The position numbers and the translations under genes are program-made. The notes beneath the pieces are model-generated. The model was not told where the DNA came from, did no database searches, and saw only the letters and a list, made by a program, of their open reading frames with translations. 64,000 nucleotides of DNA from a virus (taxonomy: Duplodnaviria > Caudoviricetes), in IMG/VR virus record IMGVR_UViG_3300037067_027616, positions 96,001-160,000 of that record; one strand, written 5' to 3'. Positions 1 through 9,224 of this stretch are shown one piece after another; the stretch's first letter is position 1, and each line of letters opens with the position of its first letter.

Positions 1-20
1 ATAAGCGCTTGTCAACACCT

Positions 21-353
21 TTATGCGCTTTCTTCTTCACCGAGACTGGGCAACCCTTCAGGGGCCGGGGGTTGTACCCTCCTGCTCCCCACAACCATGT
101 TGTCCTCGACCCGCAAGGAATCCCGGTCACCGTCTTCACCGAGAGCCCGGCGCACCTTCACCCAGAACAAATCCGCCCTGGCGGACGCTTCCTTCAACAT
201 GAGGTTGCCTTCCGTGTTGAGCCGGTCAATCTCCTTCCACTCCTTCAACTGCTCCCCGCTCAAGGTGGCCAGAGGTTCGTAGTCCGGCTTCCCCGTCATA
301 CCCTGCAGGAACCCCAACAGTCCGCGGAGCCTGTCCTGTGCATTTTCGTCCAT
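21..353 (-). CDS. hypothetical protein
   Basis: ORF MDENAQD...; GGGAGGGG SD; directly downstream of promoter 392-420. Confidence 0.7.
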   Translation of the reverse strand: MDENAQDRLRGLLGFLQGMTGKPDYEPLATLSGEQLKEWKEIDRLNTEGNLMLKEASARADLFWVKVRRALGEDGDRDSLRVEDNMVVGSRRVQPPAPEGLPSLGEEESA

Positions 354-391
354 GAACCCCTCCCCTTTGTTTGGGAAATGATAACGATAAG

Positions 392-420
392 AATATACTT
401 TTCTAACTGCCAACCGTCAA
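392..420 (-). promoter_or_regulatory. sigma70-type promoter
   Basis: TTGACG-N17-TATATT. Confidence 0.75.
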
Positions 421-430
421 CAAAATTATT

Positions 431-529
431 TGGACAGGGCGGGAATTGAACCCGCTGCGAACCCACGGAGCGATGGACTCGAACCATCTTTTGGGGAGCT
501 ACCCCACGGCCACCTTTGCCGACCTGCCC
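431..529 (-). ncRNA. tRNA-like RNA (Ala identity elements, extra T-loop hairpin)
   Basis: 7-bp acceptor stem GGGCAGG/CCTGTCC+A with G3.U70; D-like stem CGGC/GCCG; T-arm GCGGG-TTCAATT-CCCGC; extra GATGG-TTCGAGT-CCATC hairpin; intergenic. Confidence 0.6.
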
Positions 530-557
530 ATATATAATTACAACTATCAACAAGTTT

Positions 558-1235
558 CTACGTGGACCGCGTGGCGGCGACCCTCTTCTCGTAGTATTTC
601 ACACGCCGGCGATAATCCCTCACCTTGTGCTGTGCGTATTGAAGCCTCGACTCCCAACGAAACAAGTGATCTGATACGACCCCCAACTTATAGGCCGGGT
701 CGGACTTCTCCGCACGCCGCCTCTCCTTCGTGGTGGCCTTCCGCACAGCCAACGCATGCTCCCTGCGCACGGCCTTGTTTATCCGTGACCACAACTCCAC
801 CCTCGCCTCCCGGTACGCTTTGACGGCCTCCAGGCCCTTCTCATCGCAAAGAAACTCGGTGTCTCTCCCCCTCTTTGGGGCTTGCCCCTTACTCAAACTA
901 TTAAAAATGGCGTGACCCAACTCGTGGCCCATCACGAACACCAGCACTTCCGTCCTGCTCAAGAACTCCCGCACCCTGCTTCCCACGTACCTGGAGTCAG
1001 CCGTACGATACGGCCAGGATCCTCTCTCCCTCCCGAAGTGCCTCTGGATGAACACATGCTGCCGCCACAAGTTACCATACCCACTCCACCCATATTTTTT
1101 ATCCTCGACATGCACTTGATAGTTCCTCACCGGGACATCAAGCTTCTTCGCCACGAACTGCGCGAGAATCCGCACATACGATGTTGGTAGCACCGACTTG
1201 TTAAAGACTTCCACCGTCTTCCACAGTTCCTTCAT
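558..1235 (-). CDS. putative zincin-like metallopeptidase (HExxH)
   Basis: VFVMGHELGHAIF motif followed by a downstream Glu; basic coiled-coil C-terminus. Confidence 0.55.
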   Translation of the reverse strand: MKELWKTVEVFNKSVLPTSYVRILAQFVAKKLDVPVRNYQVHVEDKKYGWSGYGNLWRQHVFIQRHFGRERGSWPYRTADSRYVGSRVREFLSRTEVLVFVMGHELGHAIFNSLSKGQAPKRGRDTEFLCDEKGLEAVKAYREARVELWSRINKAVRREHALAVRKATTKERRRAEKSDPAYKLGVVSDHLFRWESRLQYAQHKVRDYRRRVKYYEKRVAATRST

Positions 1236-1246
1236 GGCGCCTCCCC

Positions 1247-1597
1247 TCACACCTCAAGAGATTCGAGGAAATGTATCTCCTTGACTACCGCAGACACTAA
1301 CTTTCCCGATGCAGGCCCCTCGTTGTGGACCCAATCAAAAAGGTTCAAACACACACGCTCCCAAGGACTCCTCATACAAAACTCCCTCCCGGTCACCTTG
1401 GCCACCGGACACTTCGGACACCGGGGAAATTTAGTCTCGCCACGGGACATCCTCATCCCAAACAGCCTGCACAAACTGCAATCCTTCATGCGTATCTTCA
1501 CATCGGGACGTGACTCGGCACACACGGCGATGAGGTTCCGGTACCAATGCTCTATGGACTTCTTGAGGGCCTTGCGTATCTTCAACTTCGTCACCAT
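1247..1597 (-). CDS. hypothetical Cys-rich protein
   Basis: ORF with SD; CSLC/CPKC motifs. Confidence 0.65.
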   Translation of the reverse strand: MVTKLKIRKALKKSIEHWYRNLIAVCAESRPDVKIRMKDCSLCRLFGMRMSRGETKFPRCPKCPVAKVTGREFCMRSPWERVCLNLFDWVHNEGPASGKLVSAVVKEIHFLESLEV

Positions 1598-1614
1598 GAC
1601 TCACCCCCTTGTTT

Positions 1615-1648
1615 AATAAAAAACGAGCCGTCACCCGTAGGTGACGGC
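1615..1648 (-). terminator. intrinsic terminator
   Basis: GCCGTCACC/GGTGACGGC hairpin followed by a T-tract on the minus strand. Confidence 0.7.
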
Positions 1649-1679
1649 CCCGCCCCTTCCCCCGGTACACCACTCACCG

Positions 1680-2219
1680 TCAAACCTGGGGCATCAAATC
1701 CTGCGCCTTCACATACAGGCGCACCACCTTGTTGTACTGTGACACCTTCTTCGTGAGGTCAAGGATGCCATCCCTGCACGATGTCGGGACCACCTTCAAC
1801 ACCTTGCTGAGCACTCCCGGGTTCACGATAAACACATCCTTGGCTGCCGCCACCCGCGAGGTCAACGCCTGCGGAGGACGCACCACAGGACGCACACCCT
1901 GATGCACCACCACCTTTTTCACCGGCGACTTGTTGCTCCGGACGTACGGATGCAGGCACACCGGACTCGCCTTGTAGCCGGGCTTGGTGCTCGTGAATGA
2001 CACACCGCGACCATGAAGGAAGTAACGCCTGCCGTCATAGTCGATCTTGTGGCCATGTCCGCGAAGCTCGTGGATGGCCGCATGGACGGTGACTTTCTTC
2101 TGGAAAGCCCCGTCCGACATGATGTCTCCCAACGACTTACCCTTCACGCCCTCATGACGGAGCATCGCCAAGACCCTCCCTACATGGGAATCACTTGACG
2201 GCTCATACATCTTACCCAT
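1680..2219 (-). CDS. putative winged-HTH DNA-binding protein
   Basis: KKVTVHAAIHELRGHGHKIDYDGRRYFL resembles a wHTH recognition helix and wing. Confidence 0.5.
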   Translation of the reverse strand: MGKMYEPSSDSHVGRVLAMLRHEGVKGKSLGDIMSDGAFQKKVTVHAAIHELRGHGHKIDYDGRRYFLHGRGVSFTSTKPGYKASPVCLHPYVRSNKSPVKKVVVHQGVRPVVRPPQALTSRVAAAKDVFIVNPGVLSKVLKVVPTSCRDGILDLTKKVSQYNKVVRLYVKAQDLMPQV

Positions 2220-2270
2220 ACACCCTCCTTGTAGTGTTGATATGTTTTACCTCTGCCACGCACCCACTGC

Positions 2271-2498
2271 TTATTCTTTGATGCTGTCCGGGTGATCTAT
2301 CCAGCAAACCTCCATCACCGATGTGCAATGCCCCTCGAATATCTCCACGATGGAAATACCCGTGTCTTCCGCATCCCGCTTCTTCCAAAACTCCGCCACC
2401 GCACCGTTCATATCGTCCGCCACCACATGCTCCGTGATAGTCTCGCCCTCATCGGGATATACACCCACCACCGTGAATTTCTTTTTGCCCTTCGCCAT
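2271..2498 (-). CDS. hypothetical protein (paralog of 4842-5108)
   Basis: PDEGET..EHVVADD..AVAEFW..FEG..WIDHP shared with 4842-5108. Confidence 0.7.
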   Translation of the reverse strand: MAKGKKKFTVVGVYPDEGETITEHVVADDMNGAVAEFWKKRDAEDTGISIVEIFEGHCTSVMEVCWIDHPDSIKE

Positions 2499-2602
2499 GA
2501 TATGCCTCCTGTTCAGATGAGTAAAACAACCTCTCAACTCCACTCAACTCCTTACACCTTCTATCAAGCCAGAGGTCACCTCACCTTCTCTCAGTATGTG
2601 TG

Positions 2603-2631
2603 AATATACTTTTTAAAAAGCCGTCCGTCAA
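2603..2631 (-). promoter_or_regulatory. sigma70-type promoter
   Basis: TTGACG-N17-TATATT. Confidence 0.75.
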
Positions 2632-2725
2632 CCAGAATCTTTCCGTACAGGTGGAAGGAAAACACATGGCCACCACCACGCACTTCAAAAATTGCTGCCC
2701 AGGCAACGAATAACAGCCTGCATAC

Positions 2726-3025
2726 CTACTTGATCACATCGAAGTACGAGACATGCACCCTCGCCGGGTCAAACGTATTCCGCGCCTTACGGGTCTGCTC
2801 CACAAGATCCGGACCGTACTTCTTGTAGTCCTCCGGGCCATACCCTGTGGTGCCTTCACGGCGGGCACGCGCTATGTCAGTCGCATCAACAAGCCGGCCG
2901 TGAAGCACCGTGCCTATCTCATCATCGACATAGGATGCATCCACGCGTACCTTGAACCGTCCCTCCATAAGGGAGGTCCCGCCGACATCGTTCGTGAACG
3001 CAACCTCTTTGGCTATTATCATCAT
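2726..3025 (-). CDS. hypothetical protein
   Basis: ORF with SD in a co-oriented gene run. Confidence 0.65.
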   Translation of the reverse strand: MMIIAKEVAFTNDVGGTSLMEGRFKVRVDASYVDDEIGTVLHGRLVDATDIARARREGTTGYGPEDYKKYGPDLVEQTRKARNTFDPARVHVSYFDVIK

Positions 3026-3059
3026 GGCACACCCCCTTTACTCTCAAGTAACCCCCGCG

Positions 3060-3332
3060 TCATTTACCGCTGAACTCAGGCATGTCCGGCACCGTAGCAG
3101 GAGCAAAGAACCACTCGTCCCCAAGCTCACTCTCGAACACGAACTGACCATCCCCTGCCACCAAAACCCCGTTGCTGATGGTATGAACACTGCACAATAT
3201 CATCTCGTAACGAGGCTTCTCCCCTTCCTTCTTTGCGAACTCGGAACGGGAATACCGCTCACCCGCAAACCAATACTGCCCCGGCACGTTCGGGAACTTA
3301 TGCACCCACACAGACTTCTTCTTGGAAGACAT
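3060..3332 (-). CDS. hypothetical protein
   Basis: ORF MSSKKK..., AGGAG SD. Confidence 0.65.
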   Translation of the reverse strand: MSSKKKSVWVHKFPNVPGQYWFAGERYSRSEFAKKEGEKPRYEMILCSVHTISNGVLVAGDGQFVFESELGDEWFFAPATVPDMPEFSGK

Positions 3333-3337
3333 ATAGG

Positions 3338-3631
3338 CTACTCCTTTTCTTTCTTTGCAATACAACCTGTCACATACTCCTTGCACGCCCGTTTGGCTTC
3401 CTCAATATCCTTGTAGTATGTATCCTCAGCGGCAGTGTTGCGGAGAGGTACGTGCAAACGGTCACTCACCGCATACCAATACCATCCGCTATACTCAAAA
3501 CGCATCCCCATACGCCTCGCTGACACCTTCCCCACATCCTCCCCACCCACCTTCAAGATGGCGCCCCGAGGTCCCTCACCGATGGAAGACAGCCCGGACT
3601 CATGAGGTTGCTTACGCCATGTCATACGCAT
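3338..3631 (-). CDS. hypothetical protein
   Basis: ORF tightly packed between neighbours. Confidence 0.65.
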   Translation of the reverse strand: MRMTWRKQPHESGLSSIGEGPRGAILKVGGEDVGKVSARRMGMRFEYSGWYWYAVSDRLHVPLRNTAAEDTYYKDIEEAKRACKEYVTGCIAKKEKE

Positions 3632-4216
3632 ATATCACACCCCCATCCGCCGCAGCGCCGCATCAATGAACCGAGGCGCCACCTCACCGTCCGTAGAATA
3701 ATGATAGACCGTGTCAGAACCACGGCCATCAACCCGTACCCGACCCGTCCGCTTGTCAAACCTCCACCGCGGATACGTTGACAAGTCCGGCTTTATGTAA
3801 TCCGGTAAGTTCGTGTGACCATGCTCCACGACATGAACATCCACAGGGGCGTCAGAAAACACCGTCAGATTCCCGCCCTCAATCTATCAACACCCGTGAA
3901 TTTTTTGCCATCACCTACCCCCTTACCTGAAGGTATCCGTCCACCCATGGACGGAAGGATTTTCAATCGATCAACCCCAATGTCTTGTATGCCATGTAGA
4001 ACCCGTACTGAAATGACTTCCACTTGTCACACCAATCATTCGCTTGCGCCCTGCTCATACCCGGATACACTTCATCCCCCGGCTTGCAATCATTCCCGTT
4101 CGGGGACTGCCCCGGCAACTTCACATAAGTGAGCCTCACGAAATCCATGTAGTCCATGTCCCATGAGTTGATGGACTTCCAAACCTCGGCACACTTCTTG
4201 TCAACCTCTTCCTGGG

Positions 4217-4618
4217 TCATACGTCCACCACCATGTACGGCACCCCTCCCGGCAGTACCTTCCACATCTCCCGTGGCGCACAGTACTTGGCCAACCCAAG
4301 ACCCATCCCGAGTACGAAAAGTGAGTCTATGTCCCGGTGCTCACCCCACTGTACCCCCTCCCGATCCACACACGCATCCAAGAAGGACATCCCCCCGCCA
4401 CCAGACTTGCGGAACCCATCGGGAAGTCCCCGTAACATGTCCGCAACATCCTGCCGGTGTGACTCCAACCTTCCCTTGTGAAGACCAAACTTGTTGACAA
4501 GACCCTCCACCATGACCAAATCATCAAGATTCCGGGGACTCCCATCCTGAACCTCATCATCCCGGAACAGTACATCCATAACAACCATTTTCACGTTTTC
4601 AGCAGTCAATGCAGTCAT
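4217..4618 (-). CDS. conserved-looking phage hypothetical protein
   Basis: GGGMSFLDAC...GVQWGEH...LPGGVPY motifs; ATGA overlap with the next gene. Confidence 0.7.
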   Translation of the reverse strand: MTALTAENVKMVVMDVLFRDDEVQDGSPRNLDDLVMVEGLVNKFGLHKGRLESHRQDVADMLRGLPDGFRKSGGGGMSFLDACVDREGVQWGEHRDIDSLFVLGMGLGLAKYCAPREMWKVLPGGVPYMVVDV

Positions 4619-4841
4619 AGGTCGTACCCCCTTCATAGTTCCGCAACGTGCTCCGCATACTCGTCCGCATCCATCACCAAACACACGAGTCCTTTCCCGT
4701 CATGGTACATGACCTCCTCGAAACCATCGAGGGCCAAACAAGGGTCGCGGTCCTCGTCCGACATCGGGATGAGCTTCGTCCCGGCAGGCACGACCATCTC
4801 CATGCCTTGCTCGTCCACCGACTCGAAATCCTTGATGAGCT

Positions 4842-5108
4842 TCATAGATCCTCTTGTATGGAAGCATCCCCATGCCATACATGTGGGTGTCCTATCCACC
4901 AATCAATAAGACAGGGACGCAACTTGCCCTCGAACACCTGGGCTACGTATACGTCCTTCGCCGGCTTGCCGAACGGTCCACGCCAGAACGCAGACACCGC
5001 TTCCCTCACCGAATCAGCATCAACATACTCGACGAACGTCTGCCCCTCATCGGGGTTCACGACCACCAACGTGTACCACGACAGCCCTGACCCATGTTTT
5101 TTACTCAT
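4842..5108 (-). CDS. hypothetical protein (paralog of 2271-2498)
   Basis: shared PDEG..VDADS..AV..FW..FEG..WIGHP. Confidence 0.7.
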   Translation of the reverse strand: MSKKHGSGLSWYTLVVVNPDEGQTFVEYVDADSVREAVSAFWRGPFGKPAKDVYVAQVFEGKLRPCLIDWWIGHPHVWHGDASIQEDL

Positions 5109-5161
5109 CGCTCACCCCTTACATTGAAGTGAATCCGTCCACCATGGACGGACGGAATCTA

Positions 5162-5380
5162 CTACCTCCCGCTGACCCACTGCTCATACGTCCGCCGACA
5201 ACTGCGGGACAACCCCCTCACGTCCCGCTCCACCCTCCTGTGCATCACCGACCCCTGCCGGACCACTTCCCCATGCACTCGGGACAGGGCTGCACGACTT
5301 TCAACACCACCCCCACCCACAAGGATGGCCAACCCTATCACCCCAAGGAACATCAAAAACACCTTGCCGGAACTTACCAT
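5162..5380 (-). CDS. small membrane-anchored protein
   Basis: N-terminal hydrophobic helix VFLMFLGVIGLAILVG. Confidence 0.5.
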   Translation of the reverse strand: MVSSGKVFLMFLGVIGLAILVGGGGVESRAALSRVHGEVVRQGSVMHRRVERDVRGLSRSCRRTYEQWVSGR

Positions 5381-6895
5381 GTCACACCCCCTGAAGATAG
5401 AATCCTTCCACCCATGGACGGACGGAAAACCCTACCTCTCCGCCGACACCCGCTGGTACTCCTTGATGGCCTCACGTGCCACGTCAGACACAAGGTCGAG
5501 GGATACGAACCGATACTCGGGACGCTCTATCAAGGTGCCTACCACCCGGTCGGTGAGGTCTATCTGATCGATAGCAGACTCTACCCTCTGCTTGGCTGTC
5601 TTCCGACTATTCATATTATCCATCCTTTCCTCAAGATCGGACACCCGATTCGGTAGATTCTCGTCCTGAAGCCTCTCGATGTCATAATGCAAAGTGCATT
5701 CCCGATCTCCACACTGACCCATCGCATACCCCCTCCCCCTGAAGTGAATCCATCCACCCATGGACGGACGGAAACTACGTGTTGTGAGTGCCCCGGTACC
5801 CCTCCACCAGAAGCTCGTAAAGAAACGCCGCCGCAAACCTGTCCAACCCGATAGGGTTCAGGTCACGCGACAACTCGTCTATCATCCTCCGCGCATCCGA
5901 ACGATACGCCCCCACCTGACCCTCATCCTTCGGAAGCGTCAAAGGAACCCCCTCCGTACCAAGAAACACCACCGTCTGACTCTCCCCCACATCCACCACC
6001 TTCACCAACCCACCCGTCTTCAACCCGTATATCTTGTCAGCCATAATCCTACCCCCTTCAGTGGAAGGAAAACCCTTCAACACCGACCCGTATCAACCAA
6101 CATCCCCGACGGATCATCACCACCCTGCACAATAACACTCACACCCTTCATATCCTCCGCCGGAAACTTACTCGCCATACCAGCCGCCACCGCATCAAGA
6201 ACACGGTCACAAGCCTCCGTAACCGTCCCACAAGGCACCCGCACCCGTATCTTCGCCGTAAACCATACACTCGACTTACCCTGCCCGGAAACAGCCTTCC
6301 TCTTCATCTCAAACCCCCCTTCGCTACAACCCGTATGGACTCACCATCACATACCAATACACGGGACCCAAGAAAATTCAAAGACTGACGCTTCGACTTA
6401 CCACACGCAGGACACACAAACTTGTCAGACCAATTCTTGAAGGAATACCGTAACTCAACCCCCATAACCCGCTTGCACTCCACCGGTTTATGAATCATAA
6501 GATTCACCTTCCCTAACCCTGTGAGACACGACCATACAAAGAACCCAAAGCCGCCTTTGAACAACGAGAACAGTACCATACCATCCTGCCATACACAGAT
6601 ACCGTCAAAGAAACAACACCGGAAGGTATGTACCTGCCACACTTGTGACACCTCTCCGACCCACCAGGAGTACACGCCATTGAAAAGACTACACAAGGCC
6701 CCATGTGAATGAACCTGTCCCTTTTGACACCCTTGGCAACCTTCCTCGTAATCATGACCCCTCCCATTCTGGAAACCTTTCTGGCAACCTTACCTTGACA
6801 CCGACCCCGTACAAAAGAAGTCACCGTTACCGTCCCCACCAAGACACCGACCCTCCCCCGTACTGGAGGTCCCCGTTACCGACCCCTGTGAACCT

Positions 6896-6924
6896 AATAT
6901 ACTAAATTCCAAACCGCTTGTCAA
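6896..6924 (-). promoter_or_regulatory. sigma70-type promoter
   Basis: TTGACA-N17-TATATT. Confidence 0.85.
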
Positions 6925-6980
6925 CAGGTTTCTCTGGTACCTGGAAAACCTTGATTTCTTACGGATTACTTGCGCCCCTC

Positions 6981-7201
6981 GGGGACGGTGACCTTTCCTT
7001 CCGCCCATGGAAGGAAACCAACACTTACCCACAGCTACCCCCGGCCACCCACTTTGCATTCAGGGGGACGGTGACCTTCAGGTAAATTATCAAGAAAACG
7101 TCCGTGTGCGGGCGGAAAAGGCCCCAATGTGAAGGAAACGCCACAAAGACTTTCAGGTAAAATTTTTCAGGAGGGGTAAAGTGTCCTCTGGGGACGGTGA
7201 C
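6981..7201. repeat. three direct repeats GGGGACGGTGAC in non-coding DNA
   Basis: exact 12-mers at 6981, 7064, 7190. Confidence 0.8.
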
Positions 7202-7281
7202 TTTGATACTTGATAATCCTGAAGGTCGCCGTCCTTATTTGGCACATGAATCCGTAGTAGGCTTAGCCGGGGGAAATCGAT

Positions 7282-7533
7282 TTATATCATTTTAGACCGA
7301 GATCTTGATCCCGAAAGTGCCCGGGGTCCTGACAGGGATACCGCTTGTGAAATGGATCGTGATTCCGACCGTGAACCTGACAGGGACTGTAACAGGGACT
7401 GTGACCCCGACCGTGACACAGACATGGATCGATGCCCCGCCCGTGACATTGATATGGACCAAGACACAGACACGGATCGTGACAGGGAAAAGGATCCTTG
7501 ATAGAGGGTTGCATAGAGGAGTGCTTGGTTCAT
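7282..7533 (-). CDS. MNQA-leader Ser/Arg-rich peptide, copy 5
   Basis: MNQALLYATLYQG followed by (S-X)n. Confidence 0.75.
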   Translation of the reverse strand: MNQALLYATLYQGSFSLSRSVSVSWSISMSRAGHRSMSVSRSGSQSLLQSLSGSRSESRSISQAVSLSGPRALSGSRSRSKMI

Positions 7534-7536
7534 GGT

Positions 7537-7755
7537 TTATGTCCCAGACCACGAATGTGATTCAGACCGGAATCGTGACCACGGTTGTGATGTGGACACA
7601 TACGACAACAGTGATTTTGATCTGGATCTGGATGTCGCCCCGGTCATAGACTTTGACACCGATCGGGACGATGATCGTGACCCCGACAGTGACCGTGACA
7701 TGGACCACGTCGTGGGAATTTTAAAAAGTCCTGTATAGAGGATAGCCTGGTTCAT
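7537..7755 (-). CDS. MNQA-leader Ser/Arg-rich peptide, copy 4
   Basis: MNQAILYTG followed by (S-X)n. Confidence 0.75.
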   Translation of the reverse strand: MNQAILYTGLFKIPTTWSMSRSLSGSRSSSRSVSKSMTGATSRSRSKSLLSYVSTSQPWSRFRSESHSWSGT

Positions 7756-7772
7756 GGTTTAGTCCATTATAC

Positions 7773-8036
7773 CTACACCGATTTCGACCGGGACAACGCC
7801 CGTGACCCGGTCCGTGACCCCGACATGGATCCGGTCCGTGACAGGGATTGTGACACCGACCGTAACATGGGCCCCGACCGGGACAGGGACCGTGACTGTG
7901 ACAGGGATCGTAACAGGGACACCGACCGTGACCCGGTCCGTGACAGGGACATGGACCCCGACCGTGACAGTGACCCCGACCGTGACAGTGACCCCGACCC
8001 TAAATAAAATCCTGTGAAGAAGGTTGCTTGGTTCAT
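7773..8036 (-). CDS. MNQA-leader Ser/Arg-rich peptide, copy 3
   Basis: MNQATFFTG followed by (S-X)n. Confidence 0.75.
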   Translation of the reverse strand: MNQATFFTGFYLGSGSLSRSGSLSRSGSMSLSRTGSRSVSLLRSLSQSRSLSRSGPMLRSVSQSLSRTGSMSGSRTGSRALSRSKSV

Positions 8037-8331
8037 GTTTTATACCCCGACCGGGACAGGGACCGTGACACCGACAGGGGCGTCGACCGTAACCCCGACA
8101 GGGACGTCGACCGTAACCCCGACACCGTGACTTCGACCAAGACCTCAGCAGGGACCGTGACCCCGATGTCGACCGTGACATGGATCGTGACCCCGACCGT
8201 GACAGGGATTGTGACCCCGACACCGAACGTGACAGGGACCGTGACCTCAACACCGACCGTGACCTCAACACCGACCGTGACATGGATCGGGACACCGACA
8301 AGGATCCTTGGTAGAGGATTGCTTGGTTCAT
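8033..8331 (-). pseudogene. MNQA-leader Ser/Arg-rich peptide, copy 2 (frameshift near 8125)
   Basis: (S-X)n register changes frame after SWSKSR; the other frame continues VSGLRSTSLSG...GYKT and stops in an ATGA overlap with copy 3. Confidence 0.65.
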
Positions 8332-8334
8332 GGT

Positions 8335-8601
8335 TTATTTCCTGACCAGGACTGTGACCCTGACAGGGACCGGGACTGTGACCCCCGATCGGGACCCCGA
8401 CTTGGACACCGATCGGGACACCGACCGGGACTTTGACCATGACAGGGACATGGTTTGTGACATCGACCCCGACCATGATTCCGACCATGACCCATACCGT
8501 GACCCAGACAGGGATCCTGACCGGGACTCCGACAGGGATCCTGACAGGGACACCGATCGTGACCCCGACAAGGATCCTTGATAGAGGGTTGCTTGGTTCA
8601 T
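8335..8601 (-). CDS. MNQA-leader Ser/Arg-rich peptide, copy 1
   Basis: MNQATLYQG followed by (S-X)n; an extra G in a G-run near 8384 shifts the last ~15 codons. Confidence 0.75.
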   Translation of the reverse strand: MNQATLYQGSLSGSRSVSLSGSLSESRSGSLSGSRYGSWSESWSGSMSQTMSLSWSKSRSVSRSVSKSGSRSGVTVPVPVRVTVLVRK

Positions 8602-8613
8602 GCCATAGGTATC

Positions 8614-8901
8614 TTATTTCTGCACGCGCGGCAGAGGGTGTGTGATGATGTTGGCATCCACTATGGATCCTCTTCCGATGATTACTTCGCGATCATCGGG
8701 GTAGGGTTCCACCTCGGAGTAGTCCCCTTTGGACACCGCCTCCGTGAACCGTCCATCGACGGCTATCCACGCGGCCGTTTCGAGGACGATCTCTTTGTCG
8801 TACACCGCCTTCAGCCTGCCGGTGTAATGAAACGTGACGGTACGGATGAAGTAATTCTCACCGACCATGAAGGGGTGTCCCTGCTCTTCCATTTTACCCA
8901 T
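8614..8901 (-). CDS. small beta-rich protein (possibly Sm/SH3-like) heading the peptide array
   Basis: 95 aa, AAAGGA SD; VGENYFIRTVTFHYTGRL..AAWIAVDGRF..EVEPYP..IGRGSIVDA; fold is inferred only. Confidence 0.7.
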   Translation of the reverse strand: MGKMEEQGHPFMVGENYFIRTVTFHYTGRLKAVYDKEIVLETAAWIAVDGRFTEAVSKGDYSEVEPYPDDREVIIGRGSIVDANIITHPLPRVQK

Positions 8902-8923
8902 GGTGTATCCTTTCGTTAAAATG

Positions 8924-9175
8924 TTATCCCCGCTGCAGGCGCCATCTAGACAAACTCTCGAGCCAGGCATCCCCACAGGTGAGGTACCCCGGTAGTTTAC
9001 TCAAGTCATCCCCGTACACCACCTCACATATGACATTGGAGTGTACCTTCCTGAACAACGCCTCAAACGCCACAGGGTCACCAGACAGGTACTCCGCATG
9101 GTCCAAGGTGTCCCACGGCAGCCCTGACCCACGCAAGTGTTCTAGTAAACTGTGTATGTCGTCACAGGTCATCAT
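8924..9175 (-). CDS. hypothetical protein with shared C-terminal LP..RL module
   Basis: DDLSKLPGYL...LSRWRLQRG. Confidence 0.6.
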   Translation of the reverse strand: MMTCDDIHSLLEHLRGSGLPWDTLDHAEYLSGDPVAFEALFRKVHSNVICEVVYGDDLSKLPGYLTCGDAWLESLSRWRLQRG

Positions 9176-9224
9176 GGTGTGGGGTATCCTTGTCCTTCAC
9201 GAATATACCATTTTGAGATGCCGT

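Larger units (their letters stand above)
3936..5773. repeat. cluster of ~24-bp imperfect palindromes TCC(G/T)TCC-N-TGGA(C/A)GGA
   Basis: copies at ~3936, 5134, 5403, 5748; further copies at ~2640, 6996, 13388, 13767, 42571, 42998, 49288; all between genes. Confidence 0.8.

Noticed and set aside
431-529. canonical tRNA-Ala
   Set aside because: Its length, extra T-arm, short D region and atypical anticodon arm do not fit a standard cloverleaf; it is kept as a tRNA-like RNA.
7759-8331. 190-aa ORF as a genuine single protein
   Set aside because: It results from a frameshift in peptide copy 2 reading through copy 3 out of frame.
7282-8601. CRISPR array, or Thr/Val- or Asp/Arg-repeat proteins in other frames
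   Set aside because: There is no constant repeat-spacer structure. The period is 6 nt, and only the Ser frame has conserved starts and coupled stops.
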